From Thermoflexia bacterium (lineage in GTDB: Bacteria > Chloroflexota > Anaerolineae > B4-G1 > SLSP01), in the NCBI GenBank assembly GCA_011192175.1, contig DUEJ01000002.1, forward strand, positions 26 through 64,025: a DNA stretch of 64,000 nt, in the 5' to 3' direction. Below are positions 17,318 to 27,200 of the stretch, piece after piece. The notes under the pieces were generated by a model. That model did not search any database. It was not told the origin of the DNA and was given only the letters and a program-made list of their open reading frames with translations. The first letter of the stretch is position 1; each line of letters begins with the position of its first letter. Position numbers and translations under genes: made by a program.

Positions 17318-18094
17318 ATGAGTATTGAATTGGTTTTCGTCAAACTGGGTGGTTCGCTGATCACCAATAAACGGCGCGAGGCGACTCCGCGTCCCCAGGT
17401 CATCCGGCGGCTGGCCCAAGAGATAAAGTTCGCGCTGGCAAGTAATCCAGGGTTGCGCATTGTCTTAGGGCACGGCTCCGGTTCCTTTGGACATTGGGCT
17501 GCCAAACGCCATCCTCTGCCGGCAGGCTTCGTGCAGATTGGCGCCGCGGCGGCGCGTCTCAACCGCCTGGTGACGGATATTTTCCTGGCCGAGGGAGTTC
17601 CGGTGCTCAGTTTGCCGCCCTCAGCGGCAGTGTTAGCCGGAGCCGGCCGGATATCAACCTGGCAGTTGGCGCCGCTCCAATCCGCATTGCGAGACAAATT
17701 GATTCCGCTCATCTTCGGTGATGTGGTGTTCGATAGTGAGTGCGGTGGCGCGATCCTTTCAACGGAAGACCTTTTCGTTCATTTAGCGCCCATCCTCCAA
17801 CCGGAGCGGATCTTGCTCCTGGGCAACGCGCCCGGCGTGCTGGATGACCAACACCGCCTTATCCCCACCATCACCCCGGCGAATTACCCGACCGTCGCCC
17901 AATTCTTGCGCGGGTCCGGCTGCGTCGATGTCACCGGCGGCATGGCGGACAAAGTGGAACAGATGTTAACGTTGGTACAGCGGCTGCCGGATCTGCGCGC
18001 CTGGATCTTCACCGGACGCGAGCCGGGCAATCTAACCCGCGCGCTCTTGGAGCCGGAATCCACGCCGGGCACGCTGATCCAGGTGAAAGCATGA
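17318..18094 (+). CDS. isopentenyl phosphate kinase (amino-acid-kinase fold)
   Basis: VFVKLGGSLITNK, LGHGSGSFGH, and C-terminal DVTGGMADK. Confidence 0.8.
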   Translation: MSIELVFVKLGGSLITNKRREATPRPQVIRRLAQEIKFALASNPGLRIVLGHGSGSFGHWAAKRHPLPAGFVQIGAAAARLNRLVTDIFLAEGVPVLSLPPSAAVLAGAGRISTWQLAPLQSALRDKLIPLIFGDVVFDSECGGAILSTEDLFVHLAPILQPERILLLGNAPGVLDDQHRLIPTITPANYPTVAQFLRGSGCVDVTGGMADKVEQMLTLVQRLPDLRAWIFTGREPGNLTRALLEPESTPGTLIQVKA

Positions 18095-19182
18095 GTGCGC
18101 AGGTTGCCTACAACTATCAGCCTTCCCTCTTCGCGAATAAATCTCTGACGGCCAAATTCCCCAGCACCCGTTATCAGGGTAGCAAGGCTAAATTAGCTGA
18201 CTGGATCTGGGAAGAGATAAAATCATTGGATTTCACCTCTTGTCTTGATGCTTTTGGCGGCACCGGCAGCATAGCCTATCGCTTTAAGCAAGCGGGCAAG
18301 TGCGTGACCTACAACGACATTTTGCGTTTCAACTATCATTTCGGCAGAGCGCTGGTCGAAAATCGGGATGTGCATCTTTCCTCTCACGAAATTAGCTGGT
18401 TACTCCAGCAACATGCTGATATTGAATACCCCACCTTGATTCAGGACAACTTCCCTGATATATATTTTACGGCTGAAGAGAATGTGTGGCTTGATCAGAC
18501 CATCACGAATATCCGGCAACTGGAAAATCCCTACAAATTCGCGCTGGCATTCTTCGCGTTAGCTCAGGCGGCCATCGTCAAACGCCCTTATAATCTATTC
18601 CATCGCAAAAATCTCTACCTCCGGTTAGCAGCTGTGGAGCGTTCTTTCGGTAACAAAACCTCGTGGGATAGACCTTTTTCGTCATGGTTCCAGAAAATTA
18701 TCGCAGAGGCTAACCGGGCCGTTTTTGATAACGGGCAAGCTAACCGCGCGTTGAATATAGACGCGCTGGATATCCCCAATGAGTACGATCTGGTCTATAT
18801 TGATACTCCGTATATTTCCGCGCGCGGCGCTGGCGTTGATTACCGCGACTTCTACCATTTCTTAGAGGGGCTGACGAATTATAAGCAGTGGGAAACCCAG
18901 ATTGATCATCAATCCAAACACCGCCGGTTGAAACGCCAACCTTGTATCTGGACCAATAGAGAGCAGATTTACGCGGCTTTTGAGCGATTATTTGCCCATT
19001 ACCAAGAGAGTATTCTTGTCGTCTCATATCGCAGCGACGGGATACCTAAAGCAGAAGAGTTGCGTGGTCTGTTGCAAAAGTACAAACCCCAAGTGCAGGT
19101 GGTGCGGTCTGGTCGTTACAAGTACGCGCTTTCAGACCAGCAAAACAGTGAGGAATTACTCTTTATCGGGGACGGTCGCTAA
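18091..19182 (+). CDS. D12-class (Dam-like) N6-adenine DNA methyltransferase-like protein
   Basis: RYQGSKAKLADWI (Y-x-G-x-K), DAFGGTGS (FxGxG) and YIDTPY (variant of DPPY), in alpha-class order. The start overlaps the IPK stop (ATGA) and the stop abuts the GT39 ATG. A sampled line is about 40% GC. Confidence 0.7.
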   Translation: MSAQVAYNYQPSLFANKSLTAKFPSTRYQGSKAKLADWIWEEIKSLDFTSCLDAFGGTGSIAYRFKQAGKCVTYNDILRFNYHFGRALVENRDVHLSSHEISWLLQQHADIEYPTLIQDNFPDIYFTAEENVWLDQTITNIRQLENPYKFALAFFALAQAAIVKRPYNLFHRKNLYLRLAAVERSFGNKTSWDRPFSSWFQKIIAEANRAVFDNGQANRALNIDALDIPNEYDLVYIDTPYISARGAGVDYRDFYHFLEGLTNYKQWETQIDHQSKHRRLKRQPCIWTNREQIYAAFERLFAHYQESILVVSYRSDGIPKAEELRGLLQKYKPQVQVVRSGRYKYALSDQQNSEELLFIGDGR

Positions 19183-21174
19183 ATGTCTTCCCAACGCTCC
19201 CGTTCCCCTTTCTGGCGCAACCGCGCGCTCGTCTTGACGCTGCTCCTACTCGGAGCAGCGTTGCGCCTGGCCGCTCCCGGCCAAATCCCGCCGGGGCTGT
19301 ACCACGACGAGGCGCAACATGGCCTGGACGCGCTGCGCGTGCTGGCGGGGCGCTTCCCGCTCTACTTCACCGCCAACAATGGCCGCGAGCCGCTCTTCAT
19401 CTACCTGGTCACGGCCTGCGTAGGCTTGCTGGGCCGCACCCCGCTGGCCATCCGGCTGCCCTCCTTCTTTATCGGCGTGCTCACGCTGGCCGCCACTTAT
19501 GATTTAGCACGGGTTCTGCTTGGGGAGAAAATTGGACGTTGGTCCCTAGCTGTGTTGACCGTCACCTTCTGGCACCTACACCTCAGCCGGGTGGGGTTTA
19601 GAGCTATCTTGCTGCCGCTCTTCAGCGCGCTCTGCCTAGCACAAGCGGCGCGCGCGGTGAGAACACACCGCTCTCGCTACTGGATCGTGGCAGGGATGCT
19701 CTACGGCGCGAGCTGGTACACCTACACCGCCGTGCGCTTTACGCCGGTCGCGTTAGCCGCTTTTGTAGGCTACACGCTCCTCTTTCACCGTAAAGAGACC
19801 TTAGCCCGGTGGCGCGGAGCGCTGCTCTTTTGCGGCGCGGCGCTGCTCGCCCTCGTCCCACTGGGAATCTATACCGGCTTGCATCCCGAAATCATCTTAG
19901 GGCGTAGCGGGCAAGTCTCCGTCTTCAGCCCGGAGATCAACGGCGGCGACCCGTGGGGCTTACTCCTGCAGCACGCCTGGCGCACAGCAGAGATGTTCTG
20001 CGTGCGCGGCGACCGCATCTGGCGACACAACCTGGCCTGGCGTCCGGTCTGGGGGCCGGCGCTGGGATTGGCGTTCGTCACCGGCGTGGGCGTAGCTCTG
20101 GCGCGTTTCCGGCGCGACGCGAGCGCGGCGCTGGTGTTACTCTGGATCGCCGTCATGACCGTGCCCACGCTCCTGGCCGAAGACGCACCGCACTTTCTGC
20201 GCGCCGTGGGAATCTTGCCGGTGGTCGCGCTGCTTCCCGCGCTGGGATTGGATTGGCTGCAAGCGCGTCTCAACGCGCGCCATTCGCATTCTCTGCCACG
20301 TGTGCTGCTTCTGCTCCCCGCGCTCCTCTGGGGAATGGAGCTCGCTTCAACGACGACGGATTACTTCATCCATTACGCGGAGGCGCCGCTCGCTTACCAT
20401 TGGTTCGAGGCAGGGCCGGTGGCGCTGGCGGGAGAGATCAACACGCTACGCAACGCCGGCTGGGACGGCGCGCAAATGCTCCACGGGCCGGAGAACGAAC
20501 GTATCATCTACCTAGACGAGCAACTGTGGGATTCGTGGACGGCGATTCCTTTCTTGGTTCCCCAGGAGAAAGTGCGTTTTCTACCGGCGGAGAAAGTCAC
20601 GGGCGCGACCGGTCAAGCCTTTATCATCTGGCCCTACCGCGATTGGGCGCCGGAGGTCTGGCCGCTCATCGCACATCCGGCCTACCTGCGTGTGCACGAG
20701 GGCCCGCAATCCCAGGGCGATAAGGAACCAGAGCCAACCACCATCGCGCTCATCATCCAAGCCGACCCGGTGCCGGAACTCCCGGCAGCGGTGGCGCACT
20801 TCGAGGACGGCCTCACCTTGCACGCAGCGTTAGTCGCACCGGAGGAAGCGGGAGCGCGGGTGCAGCTCTGGTGGCGCGCGGAGAGCGCGCCGGCGGCGGA
20901 GTACATCGTTTTCGTCCACTATCTACGAGATGGCGAGCAGCTCGCGCAGCATGACTCGCCGCCGGGGGGAGGAGCGCTGCCTACCACGCGCTGGCAGGCA
21001 GGCGATTTGATCTTGGACGAGCACCGCTTGCCCGGCGTAACGCCCGATCCAGCGCGGGATACTTTGCGCATTGGGCTATACCGCCGTGACAATGGGGAAG
21101 GACTAGCGGTATTGGATGAGACTGGCAATCCAAGCGGAGGCTGGATTGAGCGTGCGGTTATTTTAAGTCAGTAG
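19183..21174 (+). CDS. GT-C glycosyltransferase, family 39 / ArnT-PMT-like
   Basis: 663 aa with multiple N-terminal TM helices. The first periplasmic loop is YHDEAQHGLDA, with a C-terminal soluble domain. Confidence 0.8.
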   Translation: MSSQRSRSPFWRNRALVLTLLLLGAALRLAAPGQIPPGLYHDEAQHGLDALRVLAGRFPLYFTANNGREPLFIYLVTACVGLLGRTPLAIRLPSFFIGVLTLAATYDLARVLLGEKIGRWSLAVLTVTFWHLHLSRVGFRAILLPLFSALCLAQAARAVRTHRSRYWIVAGMLYGASWYTYTAVRFTPVALAAFVGYTLLFHRKETLARWRGALLFCGAALLALVPLGIYTGLHPEIILGRSGQVSVFSPEINGGDPWGLLLQHAWRTAEMFCVRGDRIWRHNLAWRPVWGPALGLAFVTGVGVALARFRRDASAALVLLWIAVMTVPTLLAEDAPHFLRAVGILPVVALLPALGLDWLQARLNARHSHSLPRVLLLLPALLWGMELASTTTDYFIHYAEAPLAYHWFEAGPVALAGEINTLRNAGWDGAQMLHGPENERIIYLDEQLWDSWTAIPFLVPQEKVRFLPAEKVTGATGQAFIIWPYRDWAPEVWPLIAHPAYLRVHEGPQSQGDKEPEPTTIALIIQADPVPELPAAVAHFEDGLTLHAALVAPEEAGARVQLWWRAESAPAAEYIVFVHYLRDGEQLAQHDSPPGGGALPTTRWQAGDLILDEHRLPGVTPDPARDTLRIGLYRRDNGEGLAVLDETGNPSGGWIERAVILSQ

Positions 21175-21301
21175 GTACGCCTAGAGAAACGTCGTGAATC
21201 TTGCCGGTTGGTGAGCGTCATCAGGTTTTCGCCATCTGCCTACTGATAAAAAACATCCGGCAACCAATTGGAAACAGGAGCTAATTGAGGAGGAACCCAG
21301 G

Positions 21302-22888
21302 ATGAAAGTTCAGGTGTTACAAAATGCAGAGATTTATACCGGGGATCCGTCCCGCCCGTGGGCACAGACGCTGGCAATTGCCGCGGAACGCGTGGTAGCC
21401 CTTGATCAGGAGGCTGCCCGGTGGGAGGATGCTCCCGGCGCAATCGTCACAGATATGGAAGGCGCCACTATTATTCCCGGCTTGATTGATTCGCATCTGC
21501 ACTGGATGTGGTATACGTTGGCGCGGGATGAACTCGCGCTGCGCGATCTGACGCGGGAAGAGCTCTTGCAGCAGGTGGCCCAGAAAACGGCGGAAGTACC
21601 GCCGGGTGCGTGGATTCAAGGGCGCAATTGGGACCAGAACTTATGGGCCGATGACCGGTTCCCCACGGCGGCAGAGTTAGATAGCGTAGCGCCCCGCCAT
21701 CCCGTCGTGTTGACCGCCAAGAGTGCGCATGCCGTCGTCGCCAATAGCGCGGCGCTGCACGCGGCCGGTATCACTGCGGAGACGCCTGATCCTGCCGGAG
21801 GCGCGCTGGGTCGCCACGCTGACGGCTCCCCCAACGGAATGCTCTTTGAACAGGCTATGCAGCTGGTATTGGCGGCGGCGCCAGAACCGACCCTGGACGA
21901 GGTAATCACGGCGTTGCGAGGCGCCCAAGAGCAACTGCTCGCGGTGGGCTTGACCGGGATCCACGATATGGACGGTGCCCCGGCTTTCGCGGCGTTCCAG
22001 GCGTTGCACCGCACGCACACGCTGCGCGTGCGCGTCGTCAAATACGTGTGGCAGGATGCCCTGGAAGGGGTGCTCGCCGCCGGGCTACGCTCCGGCAGCG
22101 GGGATGATTGGCTCCGTTTCGGTGGCCTCAAGCTCTTTGCCGATGGCGCGTTGGGTGCGCGGACGGCCGCGCTCTGTGCGCCTTACGAGGGGGAACCGGA
22201 AAACGTGGGGCTGCTCACCTTAGAACCGGCGCAGTTGCTGGATATCGCCCGGCGCGCGGTCGTGGGCGGCGTGGCTCTGGCCATCCATGCCATCGGGGAC
22301 CGCGCCAACCAGCTGGTGCTGGACACCCTGGCAGCGGTGCGTCCGCTTGATCAATCCTTACGGCACCGTATAGAGCATGTGCAACTGATCACGCCCGCAG
22401 ACCAACCGCGCTTGGCTAAACTGGGAATTGTCGCGGCGATGCAGCCTATCCACGCGCCACACGACCAATTGATGGCGGAACGCCACTGGGGGAAACGCAC
22501 GGCTACCGCCTACGCTTGGCGCTCATTGCTAGCTGCGGGGACAGTGCTGGCGTTTGGCTCGGATGCGCCCATCGAGCAGTTTGATCCCCTGCTGGGGTTA
22601 TACGCGGCGGTCACGCGCCGGCACGAGGTCAACGGTGCGCCTGACGCGGCGGGCTGGCATCCAGAACAACGGCTTGACCTGGCCGCAGCATTACATGCCT
22701 ACACCTGGGGCGCAGCCTACGCCGCCGGAATGGAAACATATCTGGGTCTCTTAAAACCCGATTTCCTGGCCGATTTGGTCGTGCTGGATCGCAATATCTT
22801 CACCTTGCCGCCGGCCGCGTTGCTAGCCGCCAGAGTGACCCAAGTTATGGTCGGTGGGAAATGGCAATGGGGGACGTTAGTGTCATAG
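21302..22888 (+). CDS. amidohydrolase-family metal-dependent hydrolase (YtcJ-like)
   Basis: IPGLIDSHLHW (HxH), plus later HAIGD and GSDAP motifs. Confidence 0.8.
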   Translation: MKVQVLQNAEIYTGDPSRPWAQTLAIAAERVVALDQEAARWEDAPGAIVTDMEGATIIPGLIDSHLHWMWYTLARDELALRDLTREELLQQVAQKTAEVPPGAWIQGRNWDQNLWADDRFPTAAELDSVAPRHPVVLTAKSAHAVVANSAALHAAGITAETPDPAGGALGRHADGSPNGMLFEQAMQLVLAAAPEPTLDEVITALRGAQEQLLAVGLTGIHDMDGAPAFAAFQALHRTHTLRVRVVKYVWQDALEGVLAAGLRSGSGDDWLRFGGLKLFADGALGARTAALCAPYEGEPENVGLLTLEPAQLLDIARRAVVGGVALAIHAIGDRANQLVLDTLAAVRPLDQSLRHRIEHVQLITPADQPRLAKLGIVAAMQPIHAPHDQLMAERHWGKRTATAYAWRSLLAAGTVLAFGSDAPIEQFDPLLGLYAAVTRRHEVNGAPDAAGWHPEQRLDLAAALHAYTWGAAYAAGMETYLGLLKPDFLADLVVLDRNIFTLPPAALLAARVTQVMVGGKWQWGTLVS

Positions 22889-22911
22889 TGTACCACTCCC
22901 CTATTGCCATT

Positions 22912-24123
22912 TTAGAGAAGTTTCCGACGTCGCTCATCTTCAAAGTTGCGCAAAAGCTTAAGATGTTCAGTGGAAACCACTTGGTTTTCAGTTAATACTT
23001 CCTCAATCGGGGTGCGCCACCGCTCAACAGTATCGCGCAGTTCTTCCCAGAGAGCTAGAATTTCCGCATATAGCATGTCATTTCTTTTATCCAACTCCGC
23101 CAACTCTGTGACGGATTTCTGATTAGCTAAATCTTGCCGGCGCCAATGATCTGCCTCTGTCACCTGGCGCTTTTGCCAATCTTTGGTGAAAATAGTTTGC
23201 CACTCTTCCCATTGCCGCTTCATACGCTCTTCGGTAAGGCGCTGCATCTCTGAGATTTCCCCTTGGCGCCTCTCGATCCGTATACGGAAAGGCTCCAATT
23301 CCCCCAAGTCTCTTTTGATCTGATTAGAGAGCAAGCTGTACTGCTGGGTTTTCTCCACTATGCGAGTTACTGTCTTTTCCATCTCCGCTGCTTGCTCGGT
23401 GAATTTCTTCAACAGCTGCTCCCGTTTGAAATCCGCTATACGCAATTCCTCGATGCGCGGATCATAGGATCTAGCAATGTTGATCGCTTCCTCTACTCGA
23501 CCAGGTAATTTACGCACATTATCTTCTAGCCGGACATTTTTGGCGGTCAACTCAGTCAATTTGATCCTCAAAGGGGGTAATTCTCCTGCCAGCGAAACCA
23601 GTTGCCGGGCATCAGCGCGGCGTTGCTCTTCCAGGTAGGTGATGGATTGTAAACGGTCATCGGTAGACGTGGTCAAATCACGCAGTTCATTACCGATAAT
23701 TTGAATCCGCGCTTGCAACTTGCGTTCCCCCTCCGCCCGGGCTTGCAGGGCCTCATCATAACGCGGAAGTATACGCAACCTTTTATCCAGATCACTGATA
23801 TCCTGGAGAAGAGTCTCAATTTCTGAACGCCGCAGGCGCTCATTCTCGAGCTTCTGACGGTTAACTTTGTCTTTAAGCGTCTCTAGAGTACTAGTTAATT
23901 CACGGCGCGCCTTGTCTATCATGCCGGGATAACTATCGGTACGCCGGAGATCATTGGTTACAAAATCAATCTGCTGTTGCAACTCTTCTACTCTCCCAGC
24001 TCGCGCATCAAGGGTAAGTCGCTGTTGCTCCGTGCGTTCTTGTAGTTGAGAGATGAGGGATTTATCCCGTTTGCGCTCTTCATCTAGAAAACGCACCATC
24101 TGTTCGATTTGTGATAGTTCCAT
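22912..24123 (-). CDS. long coiled-coil protein, unknown function
   Basis: 403 aa, E/R/K/L/Q-rich with heptad-like character throughout. I recognised no enzymatic motif. Confidence 0.6.
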   Translation of the reverse strand: MELSQIEQMVRFLDEERKRDKSLISQLQERTEQQRLTLDARAGRVEELQQQIDFVTNDLRRTDSYPGMIDKARRELTSTLETLKDKVNRQKLENERLRRSEIETLLQDISDLDKRLRILPRYDEALQARAEGERKLQARIQIIGNELRDLTTSTDDRLQSITYLEEQRRADARQLVSLAGELPPLRIKLTELTAKNVRLEDNVRKLPGRVEEAINIARSYDPRIEELRIADFKREQLLKKFTEQAAEMEKTVTRIVEKTQQYSLLSNQIKRDLGELEPFRIRIERRQGEISEMQRLTEERMKRQWEEWQTIFTKDWQKRQVTEADHWRRQDLANQKSVTELAELDKRNDMLYAEILALWEELRDTVERWRTPIEEVLTENQVVSTEHLKLLRNFEDERRRKLL

Positions 24124-24210
24124 TTTTACTCCTCAAAGATTTGATAATTTATTCGCTCTCAGCCGAGGGTTGCAAATATGATTGCGCTAGTTATTATCTC
24201 CCGAGCTTGG

Positions 24211-27200
24211 CTACCGCCGGAAGAGGGTCGTTAGCATTTCCCGCTCTTCTGGCGCCAATAAGTTAATGCGCCACGCTACCAGTGGATAGACCAGCAAGGC
24301 TCCCATAAACGCCCACCAGCGACCTACCATCAACAAGGGCAGGGCGACTACTAGCATCCCGACTAGAGCCACGAGCGGTTTGCCAATAATCTCCCGCCAG
24401 TTGAGAGCGCCTACCTGTTGCCGTAAGCCAATGAGGAAGGGCACACAGAGTAGCAATTCGGCGAAAATGTGGATGACGGCCGAGGCACGGTAGCCATAGC
24501 GCGGTATGAAGATCAGGTTAGCGCCCAGACTGAAAGCGAAACCGAGCAGATAGGCGCGGGTGAGATACCGTTGCTGGTCCAAAGCGATGAGCACGTACTG
24601 GGTGAGGCTATTAATCCACCCGATGGGCATGGACCAGACCATCAATTGTAGAGCGACCATGGAACCGGGCAAATACTCCGCGCCGCCCAAGAGGAAGACC
24701 AGCTCACGGGCAGCCAGCGTGGTCAGGACGGTGACCGGCAGCGCCAATCCCACCAGTAATTTGATACTGAGCCGGTAGAAGCGGAGGAGTTTGGCCGGTT
24801 CTTCTTTTGCTTGTCGAGAGAGCACCGGGAAGATGGCCAACGTGAACATGGCCGGAATCACATTGAGCGCGTCCAAAAATTTATACCCGGTGCTGTACAA
24901 TCCCACGATGGCGCTGCTGCGCATAGCTTCCAACAAGAAGATATCCACTTTGAAGAAGAGGGTGGCTAACAGATGGTTGACCATCAAGGGCCAGGACTCG
25001 CCGAGCATCTCGCGGCGGAGCGCACGTTCCGGCTGCCACGCCGGGCGAAAGAGAAGCCGGGCGGTCAATATCCCCAAGCTACTTACCGTGACCAGGTTGA
25101 CCAGGATGGAAGCCCCGGCTAACCCCGCAATACCCCATCCCCAAAAGAGCACCACGGTGCCCAAAGTGACCTTGAGCAACGTGGAGACGGTGGAGATAAC
25201 GGCCGGATATTCAGCCTTCTCATAAGCGTAGAAAAGTGAGGTCAGCCCTTTGGAGATGGAGCCGGGGATCAGGCCCAGATAAAGCAAGCCTAGAGCGGTG
25301 ATGGCCTGCGTGGATACCGGCGCGGCGAAGAAATTCTGCCGTAACGCGATAAAGCCAACCAATAAAGGCAACCCCACCACGCTCAATGTTAGGCGCAGCG
25401 CGGTGACATTGAAGAGATACCGCGACCCTTGTTCGCGGTGACGAGCCACCTCGCGCGTCAGATAAGCATCCAACCCAAAGTTGGTGATAATATCAAACCA
25501 GGTGTAGAGGGTGATGGCGTAGTAATAGTCGCCAGCGTTGGCCGGGCCTAAAATGCGCAGCATCAGCGCGGCGAACGCGAAATCTACCGCCCGGTTGAAG
25601 AGGGTGAGGAGGATGGGCGCCAGGCTGTTTTTGGCGATGCGCTGGATAGCTGTTTGCTCCTCTTTTTCACGATAGGTGCGCCGCCAGAACCAGAGCACGC
25701 CTAAAAAGAAGATGATCATCCCCGCCAAGAAAGAGATGAACGCGCCGAATTTGACGCTGTTGGGGCTATATTTGAAGCGGACGATCCAGTCGCCCGGTTC
25801 CAGCTGCACGCCCCGGAAGTGCCCCGCGACGCGCGCGATGGAGAGCTCCTTTTCGGCATCCTCGCCGGTACCCTCTGGGCGCACGAAAGCTTTCCATCCT
25901 GGGAAGTAAGCGTCCGTCAACACCAGCCAGGAGTTCTCGTTGACGGAGGCTCCAATCACCACTTGATTGCTCTCGTAGGCAACCACCGGCTGCGCTTGCG
26001 GTTCGGCAGCTTGTGGCGGAGTAGAGAAGCGCGCTGGCGCGCCGTCACTCCAACCACGCGGAGATTCCTCCACAATCACGTAATGCCGGGGATCATATTC
26101 CAAGACCGCCTCGCCCACCGCCTCCACAGCGGAGACTGGTAACGTGGCGCTCTGCGGCAGAGTGAAAGCGCGGGGCATCACGCCCAGATTCTCATAGACG
26201 CGGATGCCCTCATCCTGATAGACCTCGCGGTAGCGGGGCAACGGTATCTCCACATCGGTGAAAATATACTTCACGTTGAGCAGATCGGTGAGCGGGCTAT
26301 CCAAGCTGGAGAATTGCGTGAATGGCGCGATGCGATTGTAGGGTAACTCACCTTGTGGCTCGATCCAACCCATGTAGCGGGCGTACTGCGCTGTGAAAAG
26401 GCTATCGTAGCCGCGCACATCCTGGAAATCGAAGTACATGCCGACGTTGGCGTTGAAGAGCTTCTGCCCGTGCGGATCGAAGGTCGAAAAGCGCCAGAGT
26501 CCCTGATCCTGCCGGAGGAATTGCACCACCTCCGGGGTATATTCCAATAACGCTGGATCAACCTGGGGATTGAACCCCAGACCAAAGCTGAGCAGGTCCA
26601 CCAGCAGCACCACGCCAGCCAGCAACTCCCAAATCGGGCGTTTGTGGCCGGTGCGCGGCAGATAGATGGGGCAACGGGAGACGCGCAGCACAATGCCGGT
26701 GATGATCAGCAGTAGCGCGCTCTGTTGAAGCCAGTGAAATTCATAGGAATAGAAGGCGCGCGGGTTGGGGAAAGCATAAGCCGCCTTCGCCATCGACCAG
26801 AAGACCTTTTCCACCAGCGGTTCAAGCCGCGCGAAGCAGAGGCGTGAAGCCCACAAGCCGCCTAACAGCAGCAGGCCGCCCCAGAGAGCGGTCGCCGCGA
26901 GTATACTCACCAGGTTGGGGGCAGTGTCGAAAAGCGCGAGGCGCTGATACCAGGGGCGGGAACGCGGTTCGGGGGTTCCGTCCTCCGGGCCGTGAGTGTT
27001 ACGGTAGCGGCTAACCGTCGTCGCGCCCAACGCCGCCAGGGATGCGACCGCCACAGTCAGCGGGAAGACCCAGCGGAACGGCGAATGAGATTGACTGATG
27101 AGCGGCAGCGCATAAACAATCGCGTAAAACGGCGTCCCAAAGATGCAGCCCAGCGAAAAGAGCGCCAGCCCGGTGAAGTAGGGAACGTAAGGCTGCAAAA

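Noticed and set aside
19953-20723. 256-aa alternative-frame ORF inside the GT39 gene
   Set aside because: The translation is Arg/Ala/Gly/Pro-rich and the ORF is nested in a gene with coherent TM and GT39 features. It is a shadow ORF of high-GC coding DNA.
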